Below are positions 26,362 through 38,500 of a DNA stretch of 64,000 bases, in pieces; the first letter of the stretch is position 1; each line of letters begins with the position of its first letter. Origin of the DNA: Nemertoderma westbladi (lineage: Eukaryota; Animalia; Xenacoelomorpha); NCBI GenBank assembly GCA_032718475.1, contig JAUCBJ010001490.1:1-64000 (forward strand). Reading direction: 5' to 3'. The position numbers and the translations under genes are program-made. A model generated the notes under the pieces. The model did not search any database, had not been told where the DNA came from, and was given only the letters and a program-made list of their open reading frames with translations.

Positions 26362-29300
26362 TCTATATATATAAATATCGATTGTCTGTCTGTGTGTTTG
26401 TCATCGGCTATACAATCGAACCCATCTCGATGAAATCTCGCTTGCTATATCTCGTTAGAAAGGTCTCGCCCTAACTCGTTGCAACGTAATACTCAGAGCC
26501 GTCGGAAGTTCGCCCGTCTGCCGCTGGGCGATTTTCGTGATTTTCGGGCGAAATTTATCGAATTATTTCGGTTCTTCTATCGGTAATTAATGATTTAGAG
26601 GGCTAACATTTATCCCACGCCCACCTGGTATAAAATTAACATGGGTAGATTCGCCGTGTCCCATTCTCACAAAGTTTTTATTTTATTCGAGTGTTTAATA
26701 TAAATATGTATGATTATTTATTGATTAAAAAGCAAATAGTGTATAAATATGTCATATTCGCCAAGCACGATCGAATTGGCCTATTCTTATTGAATAGGGA
26801 AGGATTTTTTTCTGTATCATAGCAACGTTAAGGTAATTATTGAACTCGCAGCTAGCTGGCTGGGCACAGATAAGGAGCAAGCAGGCTGGAGTGTTGATTG
26901 GGGTGGGTTTGGGTTGTCTATTGCGAATTGCTCAAGAGTAATTCTGCTTTCTCAATCATTGGCTGCATGGAAGGAGAGGGTTATAACATTTTTGTTTTAC
27001 TGTTATGAATATTAAAAGTAAAATAATTATTTCTGTAGGCCTATACTTACTGTATTATTATTTTATCTAATATTATACATCTAATCTCCATGAAATCTCG
27101 CTTACTATAGCTCGTTAGATAGGTCTCGCCCTAACTCGTTGCAACGTAATACTCAGAGCCGTCTGAAGTTCCCCCGTCTGCCGCTAGAGGGCGAATTGTC
27201 TGATAGTGAAAACCTGATCTCATTGGGTTGTTTTTAATGCTTTTGTGCTGAAACTTGGTAGCTATATACTGCAGCATAGGCTGTATATTTCCGGAGTCTC
27301 TGAGTTTCCACCAGTATATTTCCGGAGTTGTCCACAGTTCCCCAGTCTACCGTTAGAGGGCTAAATGTCTGAGAGTTAACATCTTCTCCAACTTTGTTAT
27401 TTACAATCCGTTTAGACTGAAACTTGGTAGGCATCTACTACAGCAAAGGCTGTATCTTTACTGAGTCGCAGAGTCGTCTACAATTCCCCAGTCTACCGCT
27501 AGAGGGCGAAATGTCTGAAAGTTAACATCTTCTCCAACTTTGTTATTTATATCAACGTAATACTCAGAGCCGTCGGAAGTTCGCACGTCTGCCGCTGGGC
27601 GATTTTCGTGATTTTCGGGCGAAATTTATCGAATTATTTCGGTTCTTCTATCGGTAATTAATGATTTAGAGGGCTAACATTTATCCCACCTGGTATAAAA
27701 TTAACATGGGTAGATTCGCCGTGTCCCATTCTCACAAAGTTTTTATTTTATTCGAGTGTTTAATATAAATATGTATGATTATTTATTGATTAAAAAGCAA
27801 ATAGTGTATAAATATGTCATATTCGCCAAGCACGATCGAATTGGCCTATTCTTATTGAATAGGGAAGGATTTTTTTCTGTATCATACAGTAGCAACGTTA
27901 AGGTAATTATTGAACTCGCAGCTAGCTGGCTGGGCACAGATAAGGAGCAAGCAGGCTGGAGTGTTGATTGGGGTGGGTTTGGGTTGTCTATTGCGAATTG
28001 CTCAAGAGTAATTCTGCTTTCTCAATCATTGGCTGCATGGAAGGAGAGGGTTATAACATTTTTGTTTTACTGTTATGAATATTAAAAGTAAAATAATTAT
28101 TTATGTAGGCCTATACTTACTGTATTATTATTTTATCTAATATTATACATCTAATCTCCATGAAATCTCGCTTACTATAGCTCGTTAGATAGGTCTCGCC
28201 CTAAATCGTTGCAACGTAATACTCAGAGCCGTCTGAAGTTCCCCCGTCTGCCGCTAGAGGGCGAATTGTCCGATAGTGAAAACCTGATCTCATTGGGTTG
28301 TTTTTAATGCTTTTGTGCTGAAACTTGGTAGCTATATACTGCAGCATAGGCTGTATATTTCCGGAGTCTCTGAGTTTCCACCAGTATATTTCCGGAGTTG
28401 TCCACAGTTCCCCAGTCTACCGTTAGAGGGCTAAATGTCTGAGAGTTAACATCTTCTCCAACTTTGTTATTTACAATCCATTTAGACTGAACTTGGTAGG
28501 CATCTACTACAGCAAAGGCTGTATCTTTACTGAGTCGCCGAGTCGTCTACAATTCCCCAGTCTACCGCTAGAGGGCGAAATGTCTGAAAGTTAACATCTT
28601 CTCCAACTTTGTTATTTATAATCCATTTAGACTGAACTTGGTAGGCATCTACTACAGCATAGGCTATATCTTTACTGAGTCGCGCAGAGTTGTCTACATT
28701 ACCCGCGTCTGCCGCTAGAGGGCGAAATGTATGAAAGTTAACATCTCCTCCAACTTTGTTATTTACAATCCTTTTAGACTGAAACTTGGTAGGCATCTAC
28801 TATAGCATAGGCTATATCTTTGCGGAGTAGTAGAGTCATCTACAGTTCCACAGTCAGCCGCTAGAGGGCGAATTGTCTGATAGTGAAAACCTCATCCCAT
28901 TTGGTTCTTTTTAATCATTTTGAGCTGAAACTTGGTTGGTATCTACTACATCATAGGCTGTATCTTTACGGAGTTGCAGAATCCTATTCACTTCCCCAGT
29001 CTACCGCTAGAGGGTGAAATTTCTGAAAGTTAACATCTTCTTCAACTTTGTTATTTACTAACGGTTTAGACTGAAACTTGGTAGGCTTCTACTGCAGCAT
29101 AGGCTGTACCTTTTCGGAGTCACAGAGTTCTATACAGTCCGTATCTGCCGCTAGAGGGCGAAATATCTGATAGTGAACACCTCATCCCATTTGGTTCTTT
29201 TTAATCGTATTGAGCTGGAACTTGGCAGGAATCTACTACAGCATATTCTGTATCTTTACGGAGTCCCAGAGTCGTCTACAGTTCTTCAGTCTACCGCTAG

Positions 29301-29661
29301 AGGGTGAAATGTCTGAATGTGAACATCTACACCAATTTTGTTATTTACAATCTGTTTAAGCTGAAACTTGAAAGGCAGGCATTTTAATTCACCATAAACC
29401 CCATCTTTACCAAACTGCAGCGCCGTCTGCATTTCACCAGTCCGCAGGTAGAGGGTGGATCTGAAAGTGATCATTTTCTGGAAATTTTGTTATTTACAAT
29501 CTGCCTAAAGTTGAAACTTGACAGTTATCTCTTATGGGGGTGGTGTTTTATTTAATGATAGTGTCTGTTCCGTATGCAGTTATCAAATATCCCACACATA
29601 TTCATATATCATCTGCATGTGCACTAGAAAGCTGTGGCCCGAAGGGCCACAGGCTTTCTAG
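26362..29661 (+). mobile_element. Non-autonomous Helitron, copy 1
   Basis: 5' A|TC terminus; 3' hairpin TGTGGCCC-GAA-GGGCCACA then CTAG. Internal ~105-bp subrepeats and a ~1.07 kb internal duplication (26482 vs 27553). Confidence 0.85.
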
Positions 29662-31912
29662 TCTAATATATATAAATATCGATTGTCTGTCTGTCTGTGT
29701 GTTTGTCATCGGCTATACAATCGAACCCATCTCGATGAAATCTCGCTTGCTATATCTCGTTAGAAAGGTCTCGCCCTAACTCGTTGCAACGTAATACTCA
29801 GAGCCGTCTGAAGTTCGCCCGTCTGCCGCTAGAGGGCGATTTTCGTGATTTTCGGGCGAAATTTATCGAATTATTTCGGTTCTTCTATCGGTAATTAATG
29901 ATTTAGAGGGCTAACATTTATCCCACCTGGTATAAAATTAACATGGGTAGATTCGCCGTGTCCCATTCTCACAAAGTTTTTATTTTATTCGAGTGTTTAA
30001 TATAAATATGTATGATTATTTATTGATTAAAAATCAAATAGTGTATAAATATGTCATATTCGCCAAGCAGGATCGAATTGGCCTATAGTTATTGAATAGG
30101 GAAGGATTGTTTTCTGTATCATAGCAACGTTAAGGTAATTATTGAACTCGCAGCTAGCTGGCTGGGCACAGATAAGGAGCAAGCAGGCTGGAGTGTTGAT
30201 TGGGGTGGGTTTGGGTTGTCTGTTGCGAATTGCTCAGAGTAATTCTGCTTTCTCAATCATTGGCTGCATGGAAGGAGAGGTTTATAACATTTTTGTTTTA
30301 CTGTTATGAATATTAAAAGTAAAATAATTATTTCTGTAGGCCTATACTTACTGTATTATTATTTTATCTAATATTATACATCTAATCTCGATGAAATCTC
30401 GCTTACTATAGCTCGTTAGATAGGTCTCGCCCTAACTCGTTGCAACGTAATACTCAGAGCCGTCTGAAGTTCCACCGTCTGCCGCTAGAGGGCGAATTAT
30501 CCGATAGTGAAAACCTGATCTTATAGGGTTGTTTTTAATGCTTTTGAGCTGAAACGTGGTAGCTATATACTGCAGCATAGGCTGTATATTTCCGGAGTCA
30601 CTGGGTTGTCTACAGTTCCCCAGTCTACCGTTAGAGGGCTAAATGTCTGAGAGTTAACATCTTCTCCAACTTTATTATTTACAATCCGTTTTGACTGAAA
30701 CTTGGTAGGCATCTACTACAGCATAGGCTGAGTCGCAGAGTCGTCTACAATTTCCCAATCTACCCCCTACCGCTAGAGGGCGAAATGTCTGCAAGTTAAC
30801 ATCTTCTCCAACTTTGTTATTTATAATCCATTTAGACTGAACTTGGTAGGCATCTACTACAGCATAGGCTATATCTTTACTGAGTCGCGCAGAGTTGTCT
30901 ACAGTACCCGCATCTGCCGCTAGAGGACGAAATGTATGAAAGTTAACATCTTCTCCATCTTTGTTATTTACAAAGAGGGCGAATTGTCTGATAGTGAAAA
31001 CCTCATCCCATTTGGTTCTTTTTAATCCTTTTGAGCTGAAACTTGGCAGGTATCTACTACGTCCTAGGCTCTATCTTTACGGAGTTGCAGAGTCCTATAC
31101 ACTTCCCCAGTCTACCGCTAGAGGGTGAAATGTCTGAAAGTTACCATCTTCTCCAACTTTGTTATTTATAATCCATTTAGACTGAACTTGGTAGGCATGT
31201 ACTACAGCATAGGCTATATCTTTACTGAGTCGCGCAGAGTTGTCTACATTACCCGCGTCTGCCGCTAGAGGGCGAAATGTATGAAAGTTAACATCTTCTC
31301 CAACTTTGTTATTTACAAACGGTTTAGACTGAAACTTGGTAGGCATCTACTACAGCATAGGCTCTACCTTTACGGAGTCGCAGAGTTGTATACAGTTCCC
31401 CTATCTGCCGCTAGAGGGCGAATTGTCTGATAGTGAACACCTCATCCCAATTGGTTCTTTTTAATCCCTTTGAGCTGAAACTTGGCAGGAATCTACTACA
31501 GCATATTCTGTATCTTTACGGAGTCCCAGAGTCGTCTACAGTTCTTCAGTCTACCGCTAGAAGTCTGAATGTGAACATCTACACCAATTTTGTTATTTAC
31601 AATCTGTTTAAGCTGAAACTTGAAAGGCAGGCATTTTACTTCACCATAAACCCCATCTTTACCAAACTGCAGCGCCGTCTGCATTCACCAGTCCACAGGT
31701 AGAGGGTGGATCTGAAAGTGATCATTTTCTGGAAATTTTGTTATTTACAATCTGACTAAAGTTGAAACTTGACAGTTATCTCTTATGGGGGTGGTGTTTT
31801 ATTTAATGATGGTGTCTGTTCCGTATGCAGTTCTCCAATCTCCCACACATATTCATATATCATCTGCACGTGCACTAGAAAGCTGTGGCCCGAAGGGCCA
31901 CAGGCTTTCTAG
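29662..31912 (+). mobile_element. Non-autonomous Helitron, copy 2 (head-to-tail with copy 1)
   Basis: Starts with TC immediately after the copy 1 CTAG and ends with the same hairpin plus CTAG|T at 31912/31913. Confidence 0.85.
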
Positions 31913-32582
31913 TAATTGAATATAAATATCTGATTTGAGTTAACGTCAAATAAATAAAAACATCGGGAAATGGGTACCGGTAGTGTGACAATTTTATATA
32001 AAATTTTGATGTTTTTGATTTAATTTTCTAACAAATTTTCGAAATTGCACCCAAAATTGCCCTATTTTTTAGATTATCGTGATTTTTTTTATTTATTTGT
32101 GTGGTATTACTGTAATTTCGCGATACCAAATCGCCAGGGCGACATATTTTTCAACTTTATTTCGCAGTGCGAAATTATTTATGTTATGTCATATGTTTAT
32201 GATACGTATGTTCAATTATCCAGTTGTCACCGTGTCATACTGGATATACACCATATCCTGGAATATATAGTCGTTATTTAGTGACACCCCCCCCTTAAAA
32301 AACAATTTTGCACCCATTTCACCGCAGTTATTCTTCTTATTCTTACAGCTGTTTGTTGGTACCAATGGAAAGCTGGCCGTGCAATAATAACAAATACGAA
32401 AAAATATTTTTGAATTTTGTTGGGAAATACTGTAGCTGAGCTATGGGCATTCGAATGTTGCATCTATTTTTTTCCACTATAGGTATTTTGTTCGTTTTCC
32501 CATCCATTTGCTATATTTAATAAATAAAACATATTCTAGAACATTTTGTTTATGTATGAATATCCACATACTAGTATTATTA

Positions 32583-35500
32583 GGTCCCCTTCACACGGAG
32601 CTACTTGTTTCTGCAACTTGTTTCTGAAACTTGTTGCTTGATTCCCTCACACAGAGACACTTGTTGTTGGACTCCTCACACACAGAAACAAGTTTCGGAA
32701 ACGAGTTTCAGAAACTTGTTGCTGGACTAGTCACACACAGAAACAAGTTGCAGAAACTTGTTGGACTCCTCACACACAGAAACAAGTTGCAGGAACTTGT
32801 TGCTGGACTCCTCACACACAGAAACAAGTTGCAGGAACTTGTTGCTGGACTCCTCACACACAGAAACAAGTTGCAGGAACTTGTTGCTGGACTCCTCACA
32901 CACAGAAACAAGTTTCGGAAACAAGTTGCAGAAACTTGTTGGACTCCTCGCACACAGAAACAAGTTTCGGAAACAAGTTGCAGAAACTTGTTGGACTCCT
33001 CACCACAGAAACAAGTTTCGGAAACAAGTTGCAGAGACTTGTACTCCTCACACACAGAAACATGTTGCAGAAACTTGTTGGACTCCTCACACACAGAAAC
33101 AAGTTTCGGAAACAAATTGCAGAAACTTGTTGGACTCCTCGCCATAGAAACAAGTTTTGGAAACAAGTTGCAGAAACTTGTTGGACTCCTCACCACAGCA
33201 ACAAGTTTCGGAAACAAGTTGCAGAAACGTGTTGCTGGACTCCCTCACACACAGACATTTGTTCCAGCAACATGTTGCTTGACTCCTCACACACAGAAAC
33301 AAGTTTCGCAAACAAGTTGCAGGAACTTGTTGGACTCCTCACACACAGAAACAATTTGCAGAAACTTGTTGCTGGACTCCTCACACACAGAAACAAGTTT
33401 CGGAAACAAGTTGTAGAAACTTGTTGGACTCCTCACACACAGAAACAAGTTTCGGAAACAAGTTGTAGAAAATTGTTGGACTCCTCACACACAGAAACAA
33501 GTTTCGCAAACAAGTTGCAGGAACTTGTTGGACTCCTCACACACAGAAACAATTTGCAGAAACTTGTTGCTGGACTCCTCACACACAGAAACAAGTTTCG
33601 GAAACCAGTTGCAGAAACTTGTTGCTGTTGGACTCCTCACACACAGAAACAATTTGCAGAAACTTGTTGCTGGACTCCTCACACAAAGAAACAAGTTTCG
33701 GAAACAAGTTGCAGGAACTTGTTGGACTCCTCACACACAGAAACAAGTTGCAGAAACTTGTTGGACTCCTCACACACAGAAACAATTTGCAGAAACTTGT
33801 TGCTGGACTCCTCACACACAGAAACAAGTTTCGGAAACCAGTTGCAGAAACTTGTTGGACTCTTCATACACAGAAACAAGTTTCGGTAACAAGTTGCAGG
33901 AACTTGTTGGACTCCTCACACACAGAAACAATTTGCAGAAACTTGTTGCTGGACTCCTCACACACAGAAACAAGTTTCGGCAACCAGTTGCAGAAACTTG
34001 TTGGACTCTTCATACACAGAAACAAGTTTCGGAAACAAGTTGCAGGAACTTGTTGCTGGACTCTTCACACACAAAAACAAGTTTCAGAAACTTGTTGCTG
34101 GGCTCCTCACACACAGAAACAAGTTTCGGAAACAAGTTTCAGAAACTTGTTGCCGGACTCATCACACACAGAAACAAGATTCGGAAACAAGTTGCAGAAA
34201 CGTGTTGCTGGGCTCCTCACACACAAAACAAGTTTCGGAAACAAGTTGTAGAAACCTGTTGCTGGACTCTTCCACACAGAAACAAGTTGCAGAAATTTGT
34301 TTGACTCCTCGCCACAGAAACAAGTTTCGGAAACCAGTTGCAGAAACTTGTTGGACTCTTCATACACAGAAACAAGTTTCGGAAACAAGTTGCAGGAACT
34401 TGTTGCTGGACTCTTCACACACAAAAACAAGTTTCAGAAACTTGTTGCTGGGCTCCTCACACACAGAAACAAGTTTCGGAAACAAGTTTCAGAAACTTGT
34501 TGCCGGACTCATCACACACAGAAACAAGATTCGGAAACAAGTTGCAGAAACGTGTTGCTGGGCTCCTCACACACAGAAACAATTTGCAGAAACTTGTTGC
34601 TGGACTCCTCACACACAGAAACAAGTTTCGGAAACCAGTTGCAGAAACGTGTTGCTGGGCTCCTCACACACAAAACAAGTTTCGGAAACAAGTTGTAGAA
34701 ACCTGTTGCTGGACTCTTCACACACAGAAACAATTTGCAGAAACTTGTTGCTGGACTCCTCACAAACAGAAACGAGTTTCGTAAACAAGTTGCAGGAACT
34801 TGTTGGACTCCTCACACACAGAAACAAGTTTCGCAAACAAGTTGCAGGAACTTGTTGGACTCCTCACACACAGAAACAATTTGCAGAAACTTGTTGCTGG
34901 ACTCCTCACACACAGAAACAAGTTTCGGAAACCAGTTGCAGAAACTTGTTGCTGTTGGACTCCTCACACACAGAAACAATTTGCAGAAACTTGTTGCTGG
35001 ACTACTCACACACAGAAACAAGTTTCGGAAACAAGTTGCAGGAACTTGTTGGACTCCTCACACACAGAAACAATTTGCAGAAACTTGTTGCTGGACTCCT
35101 CACACACAGAAACAAGTTTCGGAAACCAGTTGCAGAAACTTGTTGGACTCTTCATACACAGAAACAAGTTTCGGAAACAAGTTGCAGGAACTTGTTGGAC
35201 TCCTCACACACAGAAACAATTTGCAGAAACTTGTTGCTGGACTCCTCACACACAGAAACAACTTTCGGAAACCAGTTGCAGAAACTTGTTGGACTCTTCA
35301 TACACAGAAACAAGTTTCGGAAACAAGTTGCAGGAACTTGTTGGACTCCTCACACACAGAAACAAGTTTCAGAAACTTGATGCTGGGCTCCTCACACACA
35401 GAAACAAGATTCGGAAACAAGTTGCAGAAACTTGTTGCTGGGCTCCTCACACACAAAACAAGTTTCGGAAACAAGTTGTAGAAACCTGTTGCTGGACTCT

Positions 35501-38500
35501 TCCACACAGAAACAAGTTGCAGAAATTTGTTTGATTCCTCGCCACAGAAACAAGTTTCGGAAACAATTTGCAGAAACTTGTTGCTGGACTCCTCACACAC
35601 AGAAACGAGTTTCGTAAACAAGTTGCAGGAACTTGTTGGACTCCTCACACACAGAAACAAGTTTCGCAAACAAGTTGCAGGAACTTGTTGGACTCCTCAC
35701 ACACAGAAACAATTTGCAGAAACTTGTTGCTGGACTCCTCACACACAGAAACGAGTTTCGTAAACAAGTTGCAGGAACTTGTTGGACTCCTCACACACAG
35801 AAACAAGTTTCGCAAACAAGTTGCAGGAACTTGTTGGACTCCTCACACACAGAAACAATTTGCAGAAACTTGTTGCTGGACTCCTCACACACAGAAACGA
35901 GTTTCGTAAACAAGTTGCAGGAACTTGTTGGACTCCTCACACACAGAAACGAGTTTCGTAAACAAGTTGCAGGAACTTGTTGGACTCCTCACACACAGAA
36001 ACAAGTTTCGCAAACAAGTTGCAGGAACTTGTTGGACTCCTCACACACAGAAACAATTTGCAGAAACTTGTTGCTGGACTCCTCACACACAGAAACGAGT
36101 TTCGTAAACAAGTTGCAGGAACTTGTTGGACTCCTCACACACAGAAACAAGTTTCGCAAACAAGTTGCAGGAACTTGTTGGACTCCTCACACACAGAAAC
36201 AATTTGCAGAAACTTGTTGCTGGACTCCTCACACACAGAAACAAGTTTCGGAAACCAGTTGCAGAAACTTGTTGCTGTTGGACTCCTCACACACAGAAAC
36301 AATTTGCAGAAACTTGTTGCTGGACTCCTCACACACAGAAACAAGTTTCGGAAACAAGTTGCAGGAACTTGTTGGACTCCTCACACACAGAAACAATTTG
36401 CAGAAACTTGTTGCTGGACTCCTCACACACAGAAACAAGTTTCCGAAACCAGTTGCAGAAACTTGTTGGACTCCTCACACACAGAAACAATTTGCAGAAA
36501 CTTGTTGCTGGACTCCTCACACACAGAAACAAGTTTCGGAAACCAGTTGCAGAAACTTGTTGGACTCTTCATACACAGAAACAAGTTTCGGAAACAAGTT
36601 GCAGGAACTTGTTGGACTCCTCACACACAGAAACAATTTGCAGAAACTTGTTGCTGGACTCCTCACACACAGAAACAACTTTCGGAAACCAGTTGCAGAA
36701 ACTTGTTGGACTCTTCATACACAGAAACAAGTTTCGGAAACAAGTTGCAGGAACTTGTTGCTGGACTCTTCACACACAAAAACAAGTTTCAGAAACTTGA
36801 TGCTGGGCTCCTCACACACAGAAACAAGATTCGGAAACAAGTTGCAGAAACGTGTTGCTGGGCTCCTCACACACAAAACAAGTTTCGGAAACAAGTTGTA
36901 GAAACCTGTTGCTGGACTCTTCCACACAGAAACAAGTTGCAGAAATTTGTTTGATTCCTCGCCACAGAAACAAGTTTCGGAAACAAGTTGCAGCAACTTG
37001 TTGCTGGGCTCCTCACACACAAAACAAGTTTCGGAAACAAGTTGTAGAAACTTGTTGCTGGACTCCTCACCACAGAAACAAGTTTCGGAAACAAGTTGCA
37101 GAAACTTGTTGGACTCCTCACACACAGAAACAAGTTGCAGAAACGTGTTGCTGGACTCCCTCACACACAGAAACAAGTTTCGGAAACAAGTTGCAGAAAC
37201 TTGTTGGACTCCTCGCCACAGAAAAAAGTTGCAGAAACTTGTTGGACTCCTCACCACAGAAACAAGTTTCAGAAACAAGTTGCAGAAACTTATTGGACTC
37301 CTCACACACAGAAACAAGTTTCGCAAACAAGTTGCAGGAACTTGTTGGACTCCTCACACACAGAAACAATTTGCAGAAACTTGTTGCTGGACTCCTCACA
37401 CACAGAAACAAGTTTCGGAAACCAGTTGCAGAAACTTGTTGCTGTTGGACTCCTCACACACAGAAACAATTTGCAGAAACTTGTTGCTGGACTCCTCACA
37501 CACAGAAACAAGTTTCGGAAACAAGTTGCAGGAACTTGTTGGACTCCTCACACACAGAAACAATTTGCAGAAACTTGTTGCTGGACTCCTCACACACAGA
37601 AACAAGTTTCCGAAACCAGTTGCAGAAACTTGTTGGACTCCTCACACACAGAAACAATTTGCAGAAACTTGTTGCTGGACTCCTCACACACAGAAACAAG
37701 TTTCGGAAACCAGTTGCAGAAACTTGTTGGACTCTTCATACACAGAAACAAGTTTCGGAAACAAGTTGCAGGAACTTGTTGGACTCCTCACACACAGAAA
37801 CAATTTGCAGAAACTTGTTGCTGGACTCCTCACACACAGAAACAACTTTCGGAAACCAGTTGCAGAAACTTGTTGGACTCTTCATACACAGAAACAAGTT
37901 TCGGAAACAAGTTGCAGGAACTTGTAGCTGGACTCTTCACACACAAAAACAAGTTTCAGAAACTTGATGCTGGGCTCCTCACACACAGAAACAAGTTTCG
38001 GAAACAAGTTTCAGAAACTTGTTGCCGGACTCATCACACACAGAAACAAGATTCGGAAACAAGTTGCAGAAACGTGTTGCTGGGCTCCTCACACACAAAA
38101 CAAGTTTCGGAAACAAGTTGTAGAAACCTGTTGCTGGACTCTTCCACACAGAAACAAGTTGCAGAAATTTGTTTGATTCCTCGCCACAGAAACAAGTTTC
38201 GGAAACAAGTTGCAGCAACTTGTTGCTGCAACTTGTTGGACTCTTCATACACAGAAACAAGTTTCGGAAACAAGTTGCAGGAACTTGTAGGTGGACTCTT
38301 CACACACAAAACAAGTTTCGGAAACAAGTTGTAGAAACTTGTTGCTGGACTCCTCACCACAGAAACAAGTTTCGGAAACAAGTTGCAGAAACTTGTTGGA
38401 CTCCTCACACACAGAAACAAGTTGCAGAAACGTGTTGCTGGACTCCCTCACACACAGAAACAAGTTTCGGAAACAAGTTGCAGAAACTTGTTGGACTCCT

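Noticed and set aside
27234-31702. Short ORFs (MPTKFQSK...) in Helitron subrepeats
   Set aside because: Translations of a non-coding minisatellite with frequent indels; no Rep/helicase motifs.
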